A stretch of 64,000 bases of DNA from Malacoraja senta (taxonomy: Eukaryota): assembly GCA_038087875.1 (NCBI GenBank), contig CM076000.1, positions 1,550,001-1,614,000 of the forward strand, read 5' to 3'. The notes beneath the pieces are model-generated. The model worked only from the letters and a program-made list of their open reading frames with translations, did not search any database and was not told the origin of the DNA. Made by a program: the position numbers and the translations under genes. Shown piece after piece: positions 25,551 to 36,740 of this stretch; within the stretch, counting starts at the first letter, position 1, and each line of letters starts with the position of its first letter.

Positions 25551-27126
25551 CAGTGCCCTCCAAAATGTTTGGAACAAAGACCCATCATTTATTTATTTGC
25601 CTCTGTACTCCACAATCTGAGATTTTTAATAAAGGCCATTTTTATACATTTTGGTTTCACCATGTAGAAATTACAGCAGTGTTTATGCATAGTCTCCCCA
25701 TTTCAGGGCACCATAATGTTTGGGACACAGCAATGTCATGTAAATGAAAGCAGTCATGTTTAGTATTTTGTTCATATCCTTTGCATGCAATAACTGCTTG
25801 AAGTCTGCGATTCATGGACATCACCAGTTGCTGGGTGTCTTCTCTGGTGATGCTCTGCCAGGCCTGTATTGCAGCTATCTTTAGCTTATGCTTGTTTTGG
25901 AGGCTAGTTTGGAAGTTCTCTCTTCAGCATATAAAAGGCATGCTCAATTGGGTTCAGATCAGGTGATTGACTTGGCCACTCAAGAATTGACCTTTTTTAG
26001 CTTTGAAAAACTTTGTTGCTTTAGCAGTATTTTTGGGATCATTGTCTTGCTGTAGAATGAACCGCCGGCCAATGAGTATTGAAGCATTTGTTTGAAGTTG
26101 AGCAGTGAGGATGTGTCTGTACACTTCAGAATTCATTATGCTACTACCTTCAGCAGTTGTATCATCACTGAAGATAAGTGAGCCAGTACATTCAGCAGCC
26201 ATACATGCCCAGACCATAACACACCCACCACCGTGTTTCACAGATGAGGTGGTATGCTTTGGATCTTGGGCAGTTCCTTCTCTCCTCCAAACTTAGCTCT
26301 TGCAATCACTCTGTTATGTTAATCTTCGTCTCATCTGTCCACAAGACCCTTTTCCAGAACTGTGGTTGCTCTTTTAAGTACTTCTTGGCAAACTGTAACC
26401 CGGCCATCCTATTTTTGCAGCTAACCAGTGGCATGCATTTTGCAGTGTAGCCTCTGTATTTCTGTTCATGAAGTCTTCTGTGGACAGTGGTCATTGACAA
26501 ATCCACACCTGACCCCTGAAGAGTGTTTCTGATCTGTCGCACAGGTGTTTGGGGATTTTTCTTTATTATAGAGAGAATTCTTCTGTCATCAGCTGTGGAG
26601 GTCCCTTTGCAATTAATAAGATCACCAGTGCTCTCTTTCTTCTTAATGATGTTCCAAACTGTTGATTTTGGTAAGCCTAAGGTTTGGCTGATGTCTCTAA
26701 CAGTTTTCTTGTTTCTCAGTCTCATAATGGCTTCTTTGACTTTCATTGGCACAACTTTGGTCCTCATGTTGATAAACAGCAATAAAAGTTTCCAAATGTG
26801 ATGGAAAGACTGCAGGAAAGACTAGGTGCTGTGAGCTCTCTTATACCTGCATTAAGGAGGCAATTAAACATACCTGAACAATTACAAACGCCTGTGAAAC
26901 CATGTGTCCCAAACATTATGGTGCCCTGAAATAGGGGGACTATGTTTAAACACAGCTGTAATTTCTGCATGGTGAAACCAAAATGTATAAAAATGGCCTT
27001 TAATAAAATCTGACAATGTGTACTTTAACCACATGTGATTTTTTCTAATACAAATCTCAAATTGTGGAATTCAGAGGCAAATAAATAAATGATGAGTCTT
27101 TGTCCCAAACCTTATGGAGGGCACTG
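25551..27126 (-). mobile_element. Near full-length Tc1 transposon, family B, with disrupted transposase
   Basis: CAGTGCCCTCC ... GGAGGGCACTG termini; ORFs 26306-26782 and 25954-26241 with WTDETK, KHGGGCVMVW and QQDNDPK. Confidence 0.95.
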
Positions 27127-27129
27127 TCG

Positions 27130-28500
27130 CTGCGAGTCTGTCAAGATACCCAGATCCAGATGGACTTCATCATAGCATCTTAAATGAGGCAGCTAATGAG
27201 ATAGGTGATATGTTGGTTTTAATTTTCTAAAATGCCATATATTCTAAGAAGGTTGTATTACATTTCTTTCAGTATCCCACAAATCCATACTTTATTCAAA
27301 TAGGGAGGCACCCCAAAAGCAAGAAACTTCAGGCCAGTTGGCTTAGCATGCGTAGCAATAACTAGCAACCTGCTTGAAGTTATTATTGAATGCTATACTT
27401 TGGTTTTGTGAATGGGAAGTCGCATTAGACCAATTTGCTGTATTTCTTTGAAGCAGTAATGCGTTGTGGATGAAGGAGAACCATGGATGTACTATACATG
27501 GATTTGCAGAGCTCTTCATAAGGTGCCACATCAAACAATATCATGAAGAATAAAAGCTCATGCTGGCATGGTTGAAGATAAGTGTAAGAAGGATCTGCAG
27601 ATGCTGGTTTAAACTGATGATAGACACAATAGCTGGAGTAACAGACAGGCAGCATCTCTGGAGAGAAGGAATGGGTGACATTTCGGGTCAAGACCCTTTT
27701 TCAGACTCTCCAGAGATGCTGCCTGTCCTGCTGAGTTACCTCAGCTTTTTGTGCCTATGGTTGAAGATAAGTTAGTTATCAGGAAGTACACGATTGGTTG
27801 GCAGTTGTAACTAATTGTGTACTCGGGGCTTAGGGGTGGCACAGTGGAGCTGCTGCCTCACAGCACCCGAGACCCGGGTTTGATTTTGACTACGGGTGGT
27901 GTCTGTACGGAGTTTGTACGTTCTCCCTATGATCGCGTGGGTTTTCTCCGGGTGCTCCCGTTTCCTACCACATTTCAATCACATGCAGGTTTGTAGGTTA
28001 TTTGGTCTCTGTAAATTGTGCCTAGAATGTAGAATAGAACTAATATACAAATGATCGTTGGCCGGCCTGGACTTGGTGGGCCAAAGGGCCTGTTTCCACA
28101 GTGTATCTCTAAACTAAACTAGACTCAACCGGTCAGAATCGATATAAATAATTTTGGTGAAGATGCTGATGATATGGATGGTAAATTTATTGTCGACACA
28201 AAGGTAGAACAGTCAGAGGAAAGGGGACATGGATAGCTTACACAAATTGATTAAGATCTGGCAAATGGAATATAACCTAGAAAAAAAATGCCCATTCTGC
28301 CAGAATAATAAAAATTCAACATTATAACTACATGGCAAGTGCTTGAAGAGCTCAGCATTGCAGAAGGATATGGGTGGCTTTGTATACAATTCGCAAAAGT
28401 CTACTTTATAGGTACAGCACATAATTAGGAAACCTCACAGAACATAATTTCATTGTTCGGTTCCCAGTGCATATCATAATTAAACACTATTGACATAATT
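27130..28500 (+). mobile_element. Old CR1 fragment carrying nested Penelope-derived repeat (~27585-27760) and V-SINE
   Basis: Degenerate PDPDGLH, YMDLQxxxxKVPH and ADD-like motifs; ggttgaagataagt duplicated around the Penelope-derived insert. Confidence 0.65.
27833..28120 (+). mobile_element. HE1-like tRNA-derived V-SINE
   Basis: ggtggcacagtgg head, V-domain, gggcctgtttcc...tctctaaactaaact tail. Confidence 0.85.
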
Positions 28501-28962
28501 TATTGCTAGGGAAATTGAGGATCAGCTACATAAAACTTTTCATGACTCTTGCTTTCCACTTAAGACAGGTAGAATTGAGAAACATGAGCCGACGTTTTCC
28601 AGGGAGTGGTAGAAGTGTGAAAGAGAGGCTCCGATCAGATCAGTTGTGATCATAATGAATATTGCAGCAGTTTCATAGGGAGTGTGGCCTACTCCAGCTC
28701 CTCATTTATATTGCTGTACCCATTGGGATGGTTAACATCATAAAATGAATGCCCTTTGTCTTATTTATATTAAACTAAATGATAATCATCTACTCGTCTC
28801 GTCTAACTTGTCTTAACTGAACATTTTTAAAAGAGTTTATATAGGACAACTAATGCATAGATGATGGACATTCATAAGTTTTAGGATTTCTTATGTCCTT
28901 TCAGTAGAATAGAGAAATTCATCTTTGAAATTGCACTGCAAAGTATTAATTAACTTACTTAC

Positions 28963-29062
28963 CATCTTCATGATTCAAAGCATGGTCCAAATAATTGATC
29001 TCTTTCTCCAAATTTATTGCAAGTACTCTTAACTTGGTGAAGAAATTAGCTGCAACATCCAT
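28963..29062 (-). CDS. SKA3: SKA3 first coding exon (MDVAANFFTKLRVLAINLEKEINYLDHALNHED); exon extends 5' to an acceptor at 29078
   Basis: CAAG-ATG-G Kozak context; similar to recalled SKA3 N-terminus MDPIRSFCGKLRSLA; gtaagt donor. Confidence 0.92.
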
Positions 29063-29199
29063 CTTGGTTCAAAGCAAACTACGAAAGAAAATTTAAAACA
29101 TTTTTAAATACATGAAAATCTAGAATAAATTTGGTTATGTTCAAAAGGATACATGCAATCATGCTGCCTTCTTCACTTCAGAGACTCAGCCATCAGAAC

Positions 29200-29430
29200 A
29201 TTAGAGATACAGTGTGGAAATACGTCCTTCAGCCGACCGAGTCCGCACCGACCAACGGGACAATTTACAATTATATCAAAGCCAATTAACCTACAAACCT
29301 CTATGGTGTATGGGAAGAAACCGGAGCACCCAGAGAAAACTCAGTCACAGGAGAACGTACAGACAGCACCTGTAGTCAGGATTGAACGCGGGTCTTTGGC
29401 ACTGTACGGCAGCAATTCTACCACTGTGCC
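29200..29430 (-). mobile_element. HE1-like V-SINE, internally deleted
   Basis: Same head, V-domain and tail motifs on the - strand. Confidence 0.75.
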
Positions 29431-29937
29431 ATTCAAGTTGTTTTTCTCCAAAGAATTCAAGCATAATGTCAATATAACACAAATTCAGTGCCATCTCCAC
29501 GCTGGCGACGGTCAATTTTTAAAAGCGACAGGGAATTCCCAGAGAATTCAGACAGGAGCTTTGAAAATATTCTGATTGTCAAATGCAAAGTGACGGTTGA
29601 GAGGGATTGATCAACTTCTGATATCTCCCATTTTCAGAAGGTGGTGGGTATATCGAACAAGCTGTCAGAGGAGGTAGTTGAAGCAGGTACTATAATAGCA
29701 TTTGAAAGACACTTGGACAAATACATGGATAGAAGGATTAAGAGGGCTATGGGCCAAATGAGACGAGCTTAGATAGGGCATCTTGGTCAGCGTGAATGCG
29801 TTGGGCTGAAGGGCCTGTTTCATGCTGTATGACTCTATAAAAACATTGCCATACTTTCCCAGTTAAAATCCTCTAGCCCTGGCAATACATTAACTATACC
29901 TCCGCATTGTTCCCATAATACTTCAGTAACATGAACA

Positions 29938-31055
29938 AAGTCAAGTCAAGTCACATTTATTTATATAGCACATTTAAAAAACAACTCTCGTTGGCCAAAG
30001 TGCTTTACATTTGTTATAAGAATAATATAAACAAACAAACGACATACATATATCCCTCGCTCAGAGGACGTCAAGAAAGGCTTGGGAGTATAGATAAGTT
30101 TTTAGTCTTGACTTAAAGGAGTCGATGGAGGGGGCAGTTCTGATGGGAAGGGGGATGATGTTCCACAGTCTAGGAGCTGCAACCGCAAAGGCGCGGTCGC
30201 GGTCGCCCCTGAGCTTATGCCTAGACCGCGGGATATTCAGCAACCCCAAGTCGGCCGATCTGAGGGACCTGGAGGTGGAGTGGTGGGTGAGAAGACTTTT
30301 AATCTAGGTGGGGGCAAGCCCAGTGAGGGCTTTTGTAGACATAGAGGAGGATCTTGAAATGTATAGGGTACCGCACAGGGAGCCAGTGGAGAGAGGCCAG
30401 GATCGGGGTGATGTGGTCCCTTTTTTGGGTGCCAATCAGGAGTCTCACTGCGGCGTTTTGGACCAGTTGCAGGTGGGACAGGAAAGATTGGCTGATGCCA
30501 GTGTAAAGGGAGTTGCAGAAATCTAGGCAGGAGATGAATGTGTGGATGATCTTTTCGAGGTCATCAAAGTGCAGGTATTGTTTTATTTTAGCTATCGTCC
30601 GAAGCTGAAAGAAGCTAGCTTTTACCACGGCACTGACTTGTTTGTGAAATTTCTGTGCTGAGTCAAATATCACGGCAAGGTTTTTGACGTGAGGTTTGAG
30701 TAGTGGGGTAAGGCTTCCAAGGCTGCCTGCTATCATTTTTGATTGAGTCCGAGGGGCCGAGAAGGATGACCTCAGACTTACTCTCGTTTAGTTGGAGGAA
30801 GTTCTGGGCCATCCAACACTTTATATCCTCGAGGCAGTGGATAAGGTTAAGCAGATTTGATTGGTTTTGGGGCTTCAGGGGGAGATAGAGTTGTGTATCG
30901 TCTGCATAGCAATGGAAGGAAATGCCGTGCCTTTCAATGACTTGGCCTAAGGGGAGCATATACAGGGAGAAGAGAATGGGGCCAAGGATGGAACCTTGTG
31001 GAACCCCACAGCAGAGATTAGCTGGGGAGGAGAAAGAGTTGCCTATGTTAGTCGA
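29938..31055 (-). mobile_element. L2 LINE, 5'-truncated (RT to 3' end)
   Basis: GVPQGSILGP, HCYADDTQLY, LQLVQNAAxRLL and HITPILASLHWLPV; (TGACT)n tail. Confidence 0.93.
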
Positions 31056-31688
31056 GAAACTCCTACAAAACTGCAGGCTGTTCTCCGGTAAGGCCTTCTC
31101 AACATCTTATAGTTCCATCAAGGTTGTCCCTATGTTCTATGTGTTGACGAATAATGAAATCATGCTGCATATCTTCCTAAGACTTCTACAATTCTAGCTA
31201 CTTTCACTAGTTGGAACATGCAGTCCTGGACCCTCCTGTTCTCATGTGTGTACCGCTGCGCCACTATGTTTATTGGGTTTATTATTATGGTGCCCTCTCG
31301 ATTAGTAAGGGCGTCAAAGGTTACGGGGAGAAGGCAGGAATGTGGTATTCTGCTTCTTGGTCTTATGATCTACTGAGTGATGTGTTTGCATATCTGTTGC
31401 GCCGTTGCAAGTAAGAATTTAATTGTTCAGTTTGGGGACAAACGGTAATAAAACACCCCTGTCTCTTACATTGCTAAACCAAACTTAAACATTGCTAAAC
31501 CAAATTAAAAAGGTGCAGCAATGTCTTGCGGCTGCACAGAGAGCCGGGCGACCAAGACGCAGGCAGTCTGGGCCATCGGGTGCAGCGGGTTCGATCCTCA
31601 GTGCGGCTGCAAATCCCGGAAGGCCTATTTCCATCGTGATAAAAAAAATCTGTTTAGTAAAAATAAACCCCCGTAAACAATGACTTAC

Positions 31689-31900
31689 AGGTCAGAGGGC
31701 GGTGTTTTGTTTCTAAGCGACTTAGCGGGCACCCTGGCACCACCGCGTCCGCGCGCACGAACCGCTTGAATTTCGCGCGCGCCGTCGGCGGGCGGTTGGT
31801 TGAAACGGCTCGGGAACCGCGCATGCGCCGCCCGTCCAACAGACAACAGCCCCGGTCTCGCCCCGAGGGCGCCTGCAGCGCACCCAGGCGGGCTGGCGGG
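31689..31900 (-). promoter_or_regulatory. SKA3: SKA3 CpG-island promoter and non-coding first exon
   Basis: CpG-rich patch; GTAAGT donor on - at 31688-31683; E2F-type TTTCGCGC at 31771-31778 next to CHR-like TTGAA; NRF1 palindrome GCGCATGCGC at 31819-31828. Confidence 0.75.
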
Positions 31901-32761
31901 GACCTGCAAGCTGCCGCTTATACACTTGCTGAAATAAAGAACTGCAGGTGCTGGTTAATGCACAAAATCATACAGAGTGCTGGAGTAACTCAGCAGGTCA
32001 GACAGCATTTCTTGCGAAAGACACAAAGTGCTGGAGCAAGTTGCAGCGGGTCAGGTAGCATCCCTGGAGAAAAAGGATAGGTGACGTTTCAGGTCGGGAT
32101 CCTTCTTCAAACCTGTTGAGTCACATATTGTGTCTATCTTTTGGTAAAATCCAGTGTCTGCAGTTCTTTGTTTCAGCATCTCTGGAGAACATGGGTTGAT
32201 GATGTTTGATGTTGGTTTACAAACCCAGTGAGTCAGTCAGCATCTCTCATCAACGTTCCAGAGATGTTGCCTGCCCCGCTGAGTTACCCCAGCACTTGGT
32301 GTCTTATTTTTGGTCATGGTAATTGCTTGCTTTGAAATCGTGGTCTAAAAGACACCCTGGACACTCCCACTTATCAACAATTGTTCTGCACTGACTTTTT
32401 CTTTAATTTACCATGTTGGGGATCGCTGGAATTGACAGCATTATTTCCAATCTCTCTCTCTTTCAAATCAATATCTCAAAAATCAATCTGTCAAATTGCC
32501 CTTCAGAGGATATTCGTAAGCCACCTTCATGGAGTTCTTCAGGTTTTTGGGAGGGAATTCCAGACGGAGGCAGCTAAAGGTTACTTTACTCATCAACGGG
32601 AACGTTCAAGAAACCAAAGTTGATGGAAAGCGGAAATCTGTGTGTTTACAGTCTGGAGAAAATTCTAGATAGAATGACGTCTTGGAGGGACTTAAAACAA
32701 TGATCATAGCACAGCTTAGGGCTTGAACAGCAGAGTTTTCGATGACTCCGATTGTAAAGTA

Positions 32762-33119
32762 CAGGTAGTTCTGCTATAAGACGATACCTTGCGTTATATA
32801 AAATCGTATTACAAAATCGATTTGCCAATGACGACAAAGGGGATTAGGAAATAGTGTTTCAGACGCACAATAAACATTTCCCCTGCACGATTTTCAACAA
32901 TAAAATATTTTCTTTTAAAGTTAAGTTAGTTGTTAGTGCAAAGTAAAAATACTAAAGGTTTTCTCCGAAGATTTTTCACCTAAAGCAACTCATATGGTTT
33001 TCGAGTTCCGGATCGAAATCGTGTTATTACCAATTTAGAAAGCGTAATTGTGCTCCTCAATTCATCAAACAAGTTCCATTCGATTCGCGCATTGGAAATG
33101 TGTTACCCGGAACTACCTG
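32762..33119. mobile_element. pogo/Tigger-like MITE
   Basis: TA-CAGGTAGTTC ... GAACTACCTG-TA. Confidence 0.7.
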
Positions 33120-33343
33120 TAGAACAAGTGCTGGAGTACAGGAGTACTCAGCGGACGTTAGCTCAACATGTGTGAAGGGTCACGACCCGAAACGTCGCTT
33201 ATCCATGTTCAGAGATGCTGCATGACCTGTTGAGTTATTCCAGCACACTGTGCCTTTTGTAAACCAGCATCTGCAATTGCTTGTGACATATCCATATTCT
33301 CTATAGATGCTGCCTCGCCCGCTGGGTTACTCCAGTACTCCAC

Positions 33344-34480
33344 TACAAACCTACCGACTCCCATGGCTATCTGGACTACACTTCTTCCCACTCTGCTTCC
33401 TGTAAGGACTCCATCCCCCACTCCCAATTCCTCCGTCTACGCTGCATCTGCTCCCAGGATGAGGCGTTCCACACCAGGGCATCCGAAATGTCCTCATTCT
33501 TCAGGGAACGGGGGTTCCCCTCCTCCACCATAGATGAGGCTCGCACCAGGGTCTCTGCCATACCCCGCAACACTGCTCTCTCTCCCCATCCCCCCACTCA
33601 CAACAAGGGCAGAGTCCCCCTAGTCCTCACCTTTCACCCCACCAGCCGTCACATACATCAAGTGATCCTCCATCAGTTTCGCCACCTCCAACGTGACCCC
33701 ACCACTCGCCACATCTTCCCATCTCCCCCCATGTCTGCCTTCCGTAAAGACCGCTCCCTCCGTAACTCCCTTGTCAATTCTTCCCTTCCCTCCCGTACCA
33801 CCCCCTCCCCGGGTACTTTCCCTTGCAACTGCAAGAGATGCAACACTTGTCCCTTCACCTCCCCCCTCGACTCCATTCAAGGACCTAAGCAGTCGTTCCA
33901 GGTGCGACAGGTTCACCTGCATCTCCTCCAACCTCATCTATTGCATCTGCTGCTCTAGATGCCAGCTGATCTACATCGGTGAGACCAAGCGGAGGCTTGG
34001 CGATCGTTTCGCCGAACACCTCCGGTCGGTCCGCAATAACCTACCTAACCTCCCGGTGGCTCAGCACTTCAACTCCCCCTCCCATTCCGTATCTGACTTC
34101 TCTGTCCTGGGTCTCCTCCATGGCCACAGCGAGCAACACCGGAAATTGGAGGAAATGCACCTCATATTCCGCTTGGGCAGTCTACATCCTGGGGGCTTGA
34201 ACATTGAATTCTCCCAATTCTGCTAGCCTTTGCTGTCCCCTCCCCTTCATCAGCCCTCTGGTTGTCTCCTCCCCTCCCCCAGTCCTCGGGCTCCTCCTCC
34301 GCCTTTTTTCCTTTCTTATCCCCACCCCCTATCAGTCTGAAGAAGGGTTTCGGCCCGAAACGTTGCCTATTTCGTTCGCTCCATAGATGCTGCTGCATCC
34401 GCTGAGTTTCTCCAGCATTTTTGTGTACTCCAGTACTTTGTCTTTTAAAAAAAAAAGTATACCAGCACTTGCTGTTCCTT
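33344..34480 (+). mobile_element. Penelope-like retroelement, 5'-truncated: RT C-terminal region, GIY-YIG endonuclease and pLTR with hammerhead core
   Basis: YKPTDSHGYLDYTSSH and LIYCICCSRCQLIYIGETKRRLGDRFAEHL...GLNIEF; one frameshift near 33910; CTGAAGA...GAAAC at 34337-34361. Confidence 0.93.
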
Positions 34481-35618
34481 ACGTCTCTGAGAACGAGGGA
34501 AACCTGGTGTGAGTTCATTCCGAAAGTTAAATCTGCCGGTAACAAGACATGGTTGTAAATTAAATGTTGTGCAACTAATTATCAAGACAAAAGGGAAAAA
34601 TGCTTCATCTCTAGTCCCGACCCAGATGACTCCACCCTCAGTCGTTGCAAACAGCATTTGCAGTTCCTCGTTTCTAGCAGTAATCCCTGCTCTCAACTGA
34701 TACACGGTCTACTGCAGCAAGCACTGGAGAGATAACACAGCAACATCTTCACGAAGATCTCCAAATAGACTAAGACGAGGCTACGCTACATTAAGACCCG
34801 AATTATACACACAGTCAACTTTGTTCGGCAAACCAAGTTGTTTGCATATCTGACACCACACTCTCAAAGAAACACTACTCTCAGCAGCTCTGGGAAGAGA
34901 TTGCCAGGTGGAAATTATTTAAGAAAATCTCTAAAACAGCACAATATTTTCACCATACCCTTGGCTCATAACTGTTTAAGTGGAGAAGGAATATTGGGAA
35001 GGAACCATGAACCAAGTCCAAGGTAGACAAAATGCTGGAGAAACTCAGCGGGTGAGGCAGCATCTATGGAGCGAAGGAATAGGCGGCGTTTCGGGTCGAG
35101 ATAGCATCTAGCTGGCCTCTTGGTTCTCTGCAGACCCACCAAATGGCAGTTTGTGCATTCTGGAATACACAAGTGTGAAAGGCAGATGCAAATCCATAAG
35201 CATAACTCCAATAACACTCAAAATTCAACATATCCAAGACATGGAAACCAATATGATGGGCACCACATCCACTCCCCTAAACAATTAGACCTTCCTTCCA
35301 TTTTATGGCAGTGGCTGCAATGCATACCATACATTACAGGTACTAATTCTGGTCTATTCCAAAGTATCTCAAAAACCCATGATCTCTACCACCAAGGAGG
35401 ACAATGGCTAATCAAGGCCGGCCTTAAGCCCATTTCTCCCAATTGGGCCAAGCGTTAATTTTCTGTATTTCATACGGAAATACAAATTCGCTTTGTTAAA
35501 TAAAGATTTTTAAAAAAACATTCGCGCTATGGATTTTTTACAAAACGAACATGGATAAGAACCGCTGCACGGCCATCAGACACAAACGATTTGTTAATTA
35601 CTACTGTCAGCACTTGTT

Positions 35619-35968
35619 GTTCTTCTACTTCTTTGGAGTTTTACGGAAGCCGGCATCCGCAATGTTGCATTGCTGCCACCTTCTGGCTTCATTCCACCGT
35701 ACTCATGTCTTTACATTATATCCTTTTTAGAAGCCCAGAGGCCTTCAAGAAATCAAACAACAACTTTATTCCTTTTCCTTTCCCTCCACACTCTAGAATG
35801 TTCTTTACTGATACTTCTGTCAATCCAATTTTCCTCATTTCAATGATCATAAATCCTCTTTCTGTCTCATATCTCCTACATGCAATTAGGACATGCTGAA
35901 CTGTTTCTGGCTGATGGCATTGCTCACACAGCCCAGTAGGGTGTTTTCCCAATATTTTTAATGTGGTT
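35619..35968 (-). mobile_element. I/Nimb-like LINE 3' end with TSD
   Basis: CEQCHQPETVQHVLIAC zinc knuckle...LFDFLKASGLLKRI*; (AAG)-like tail; 10-bp TSD AGCACTTGTT at 35609-35618 and 35969-35978. Confidence 0.82.
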
Positions 35969-36006
35969 AGCACTTGTTAACAGCCAGTAGTTAACAAGTA
36001 GTTATA

Positions 36007-36179
36007 CAATGTGTCATCAATGCATCGATCCACATTCCTCAGTAAATGTAATTGTGTATTGAACAAGTATTAATGACGCTGCGTTCCTTTGAATACAATT
36101 CACGCGGCGTCATTAATACTTGTTCAAAACACAATTACACTTACTGAGGAATGTAGATCGATGCATTGATGACACATTG
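36007..36179. repeat. Long inverted repeat (78-bp arms, 17-nt loop)
   Basis: 36007-36084 is the reverse complement of 36102-36179 with 4 mismatches by eye. Confidence 0.92.
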
Positions 36180-36219
36180 AGAATTTCTTAAAACTCACCA
36201 TCACGATTGAGGGCTTCTT

Positions 36220-36324
36220 ATGTGTAAAGACATGAGTACGGTGGAATGAAGACAGAAGGTGGCAGCAATGCAACATTGCGGATGCCGGCTGCCGTAAAAC
36301 TCCAAAGAAGAAGAAGAAGAAGAA
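36220..36324 (+). mobile_element. Second, very short insertion of the same I/Nimb-like 3' end
   Basis: Reverse complement of ~35620-35715; (AAG)n tail; 11-bp TSD GAGGGCTTCTT at 36209-36219 and 36325-36335. Confidence 0.82.
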
Positions 36325-36533
36325 GAGGGCTTCTTCTTGGCGAGCTTCTTGATGGGCAGGTTAGTCATTCAATTTACCTAACGACCCACGTTGTGTCTCT
36401 GTCTTTCGCTCTCTCCCTCCCTCTCCCTCTCTCTCTCTCTCCCTCTCCCGCTCCCCATCTCATCTCTCTCTAGCTCTCTCACTTCCTCTCTCACCCTGTT
36501 GCCTCGGCATTCCCGGAACCATTGACGTTTTGC

Positions 36534-36740
36534 AGTAGACAAAAATGCTGGAGAAACTCAGTGGGTGAGGCAGCATCTATGGAGCGAAGGAAATAGGCAA
36601 CGTTTCGGGTCGAAACCCTTCTTCAGACCCGGCCCGAAACGTTGGCTATTTCCTTCGCTCCATAGATGCTGCCTCACCCGTTGAGTTTCTCCAGCATTTT
36701 TGTCTACCTTTGATTTTCCAGCATCTGCAGTTCCTTCTTA
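36534..36740. mobile_element. Penelope pLTR-only insertion with inverted halves and hammerhead core
   Basis: 10-bp TSD GACGTTTTGC at 36524-36533 and 36741-36750; palindromic arrangement. Confidence 0.88.
36596..36628 (-). ncRNA. Putative minimal type I hammerhead ribozyme core
   Basis: - strand reads GT-CTGAAGA-A-GGGT-TTCG-ACCC-GAAA-CGTT-GCC: catalytic boxes, stem II with UUCG loop, palindromic ACGT stem III; stem I weak. Confidence 0.6.

Noticed and set aside
27833..27900. tRNA-like sequence (also at ~14620-14690 and ~42990-43060)
   Set aside because: Heads of V-SINEs, continuous with SINE body and tail; no full cloverleaf
31492..32080. ORFs across the SKA3 promoter
   Set aside because: GC-rich CpG-island frames with no protein similarity; not MRPL57
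35619..36324. Apparent single element with ~95-bp terminal inverted repeats
   Set aside because: Each arm has its own distinct TSD, so these are two independent LINE insertions
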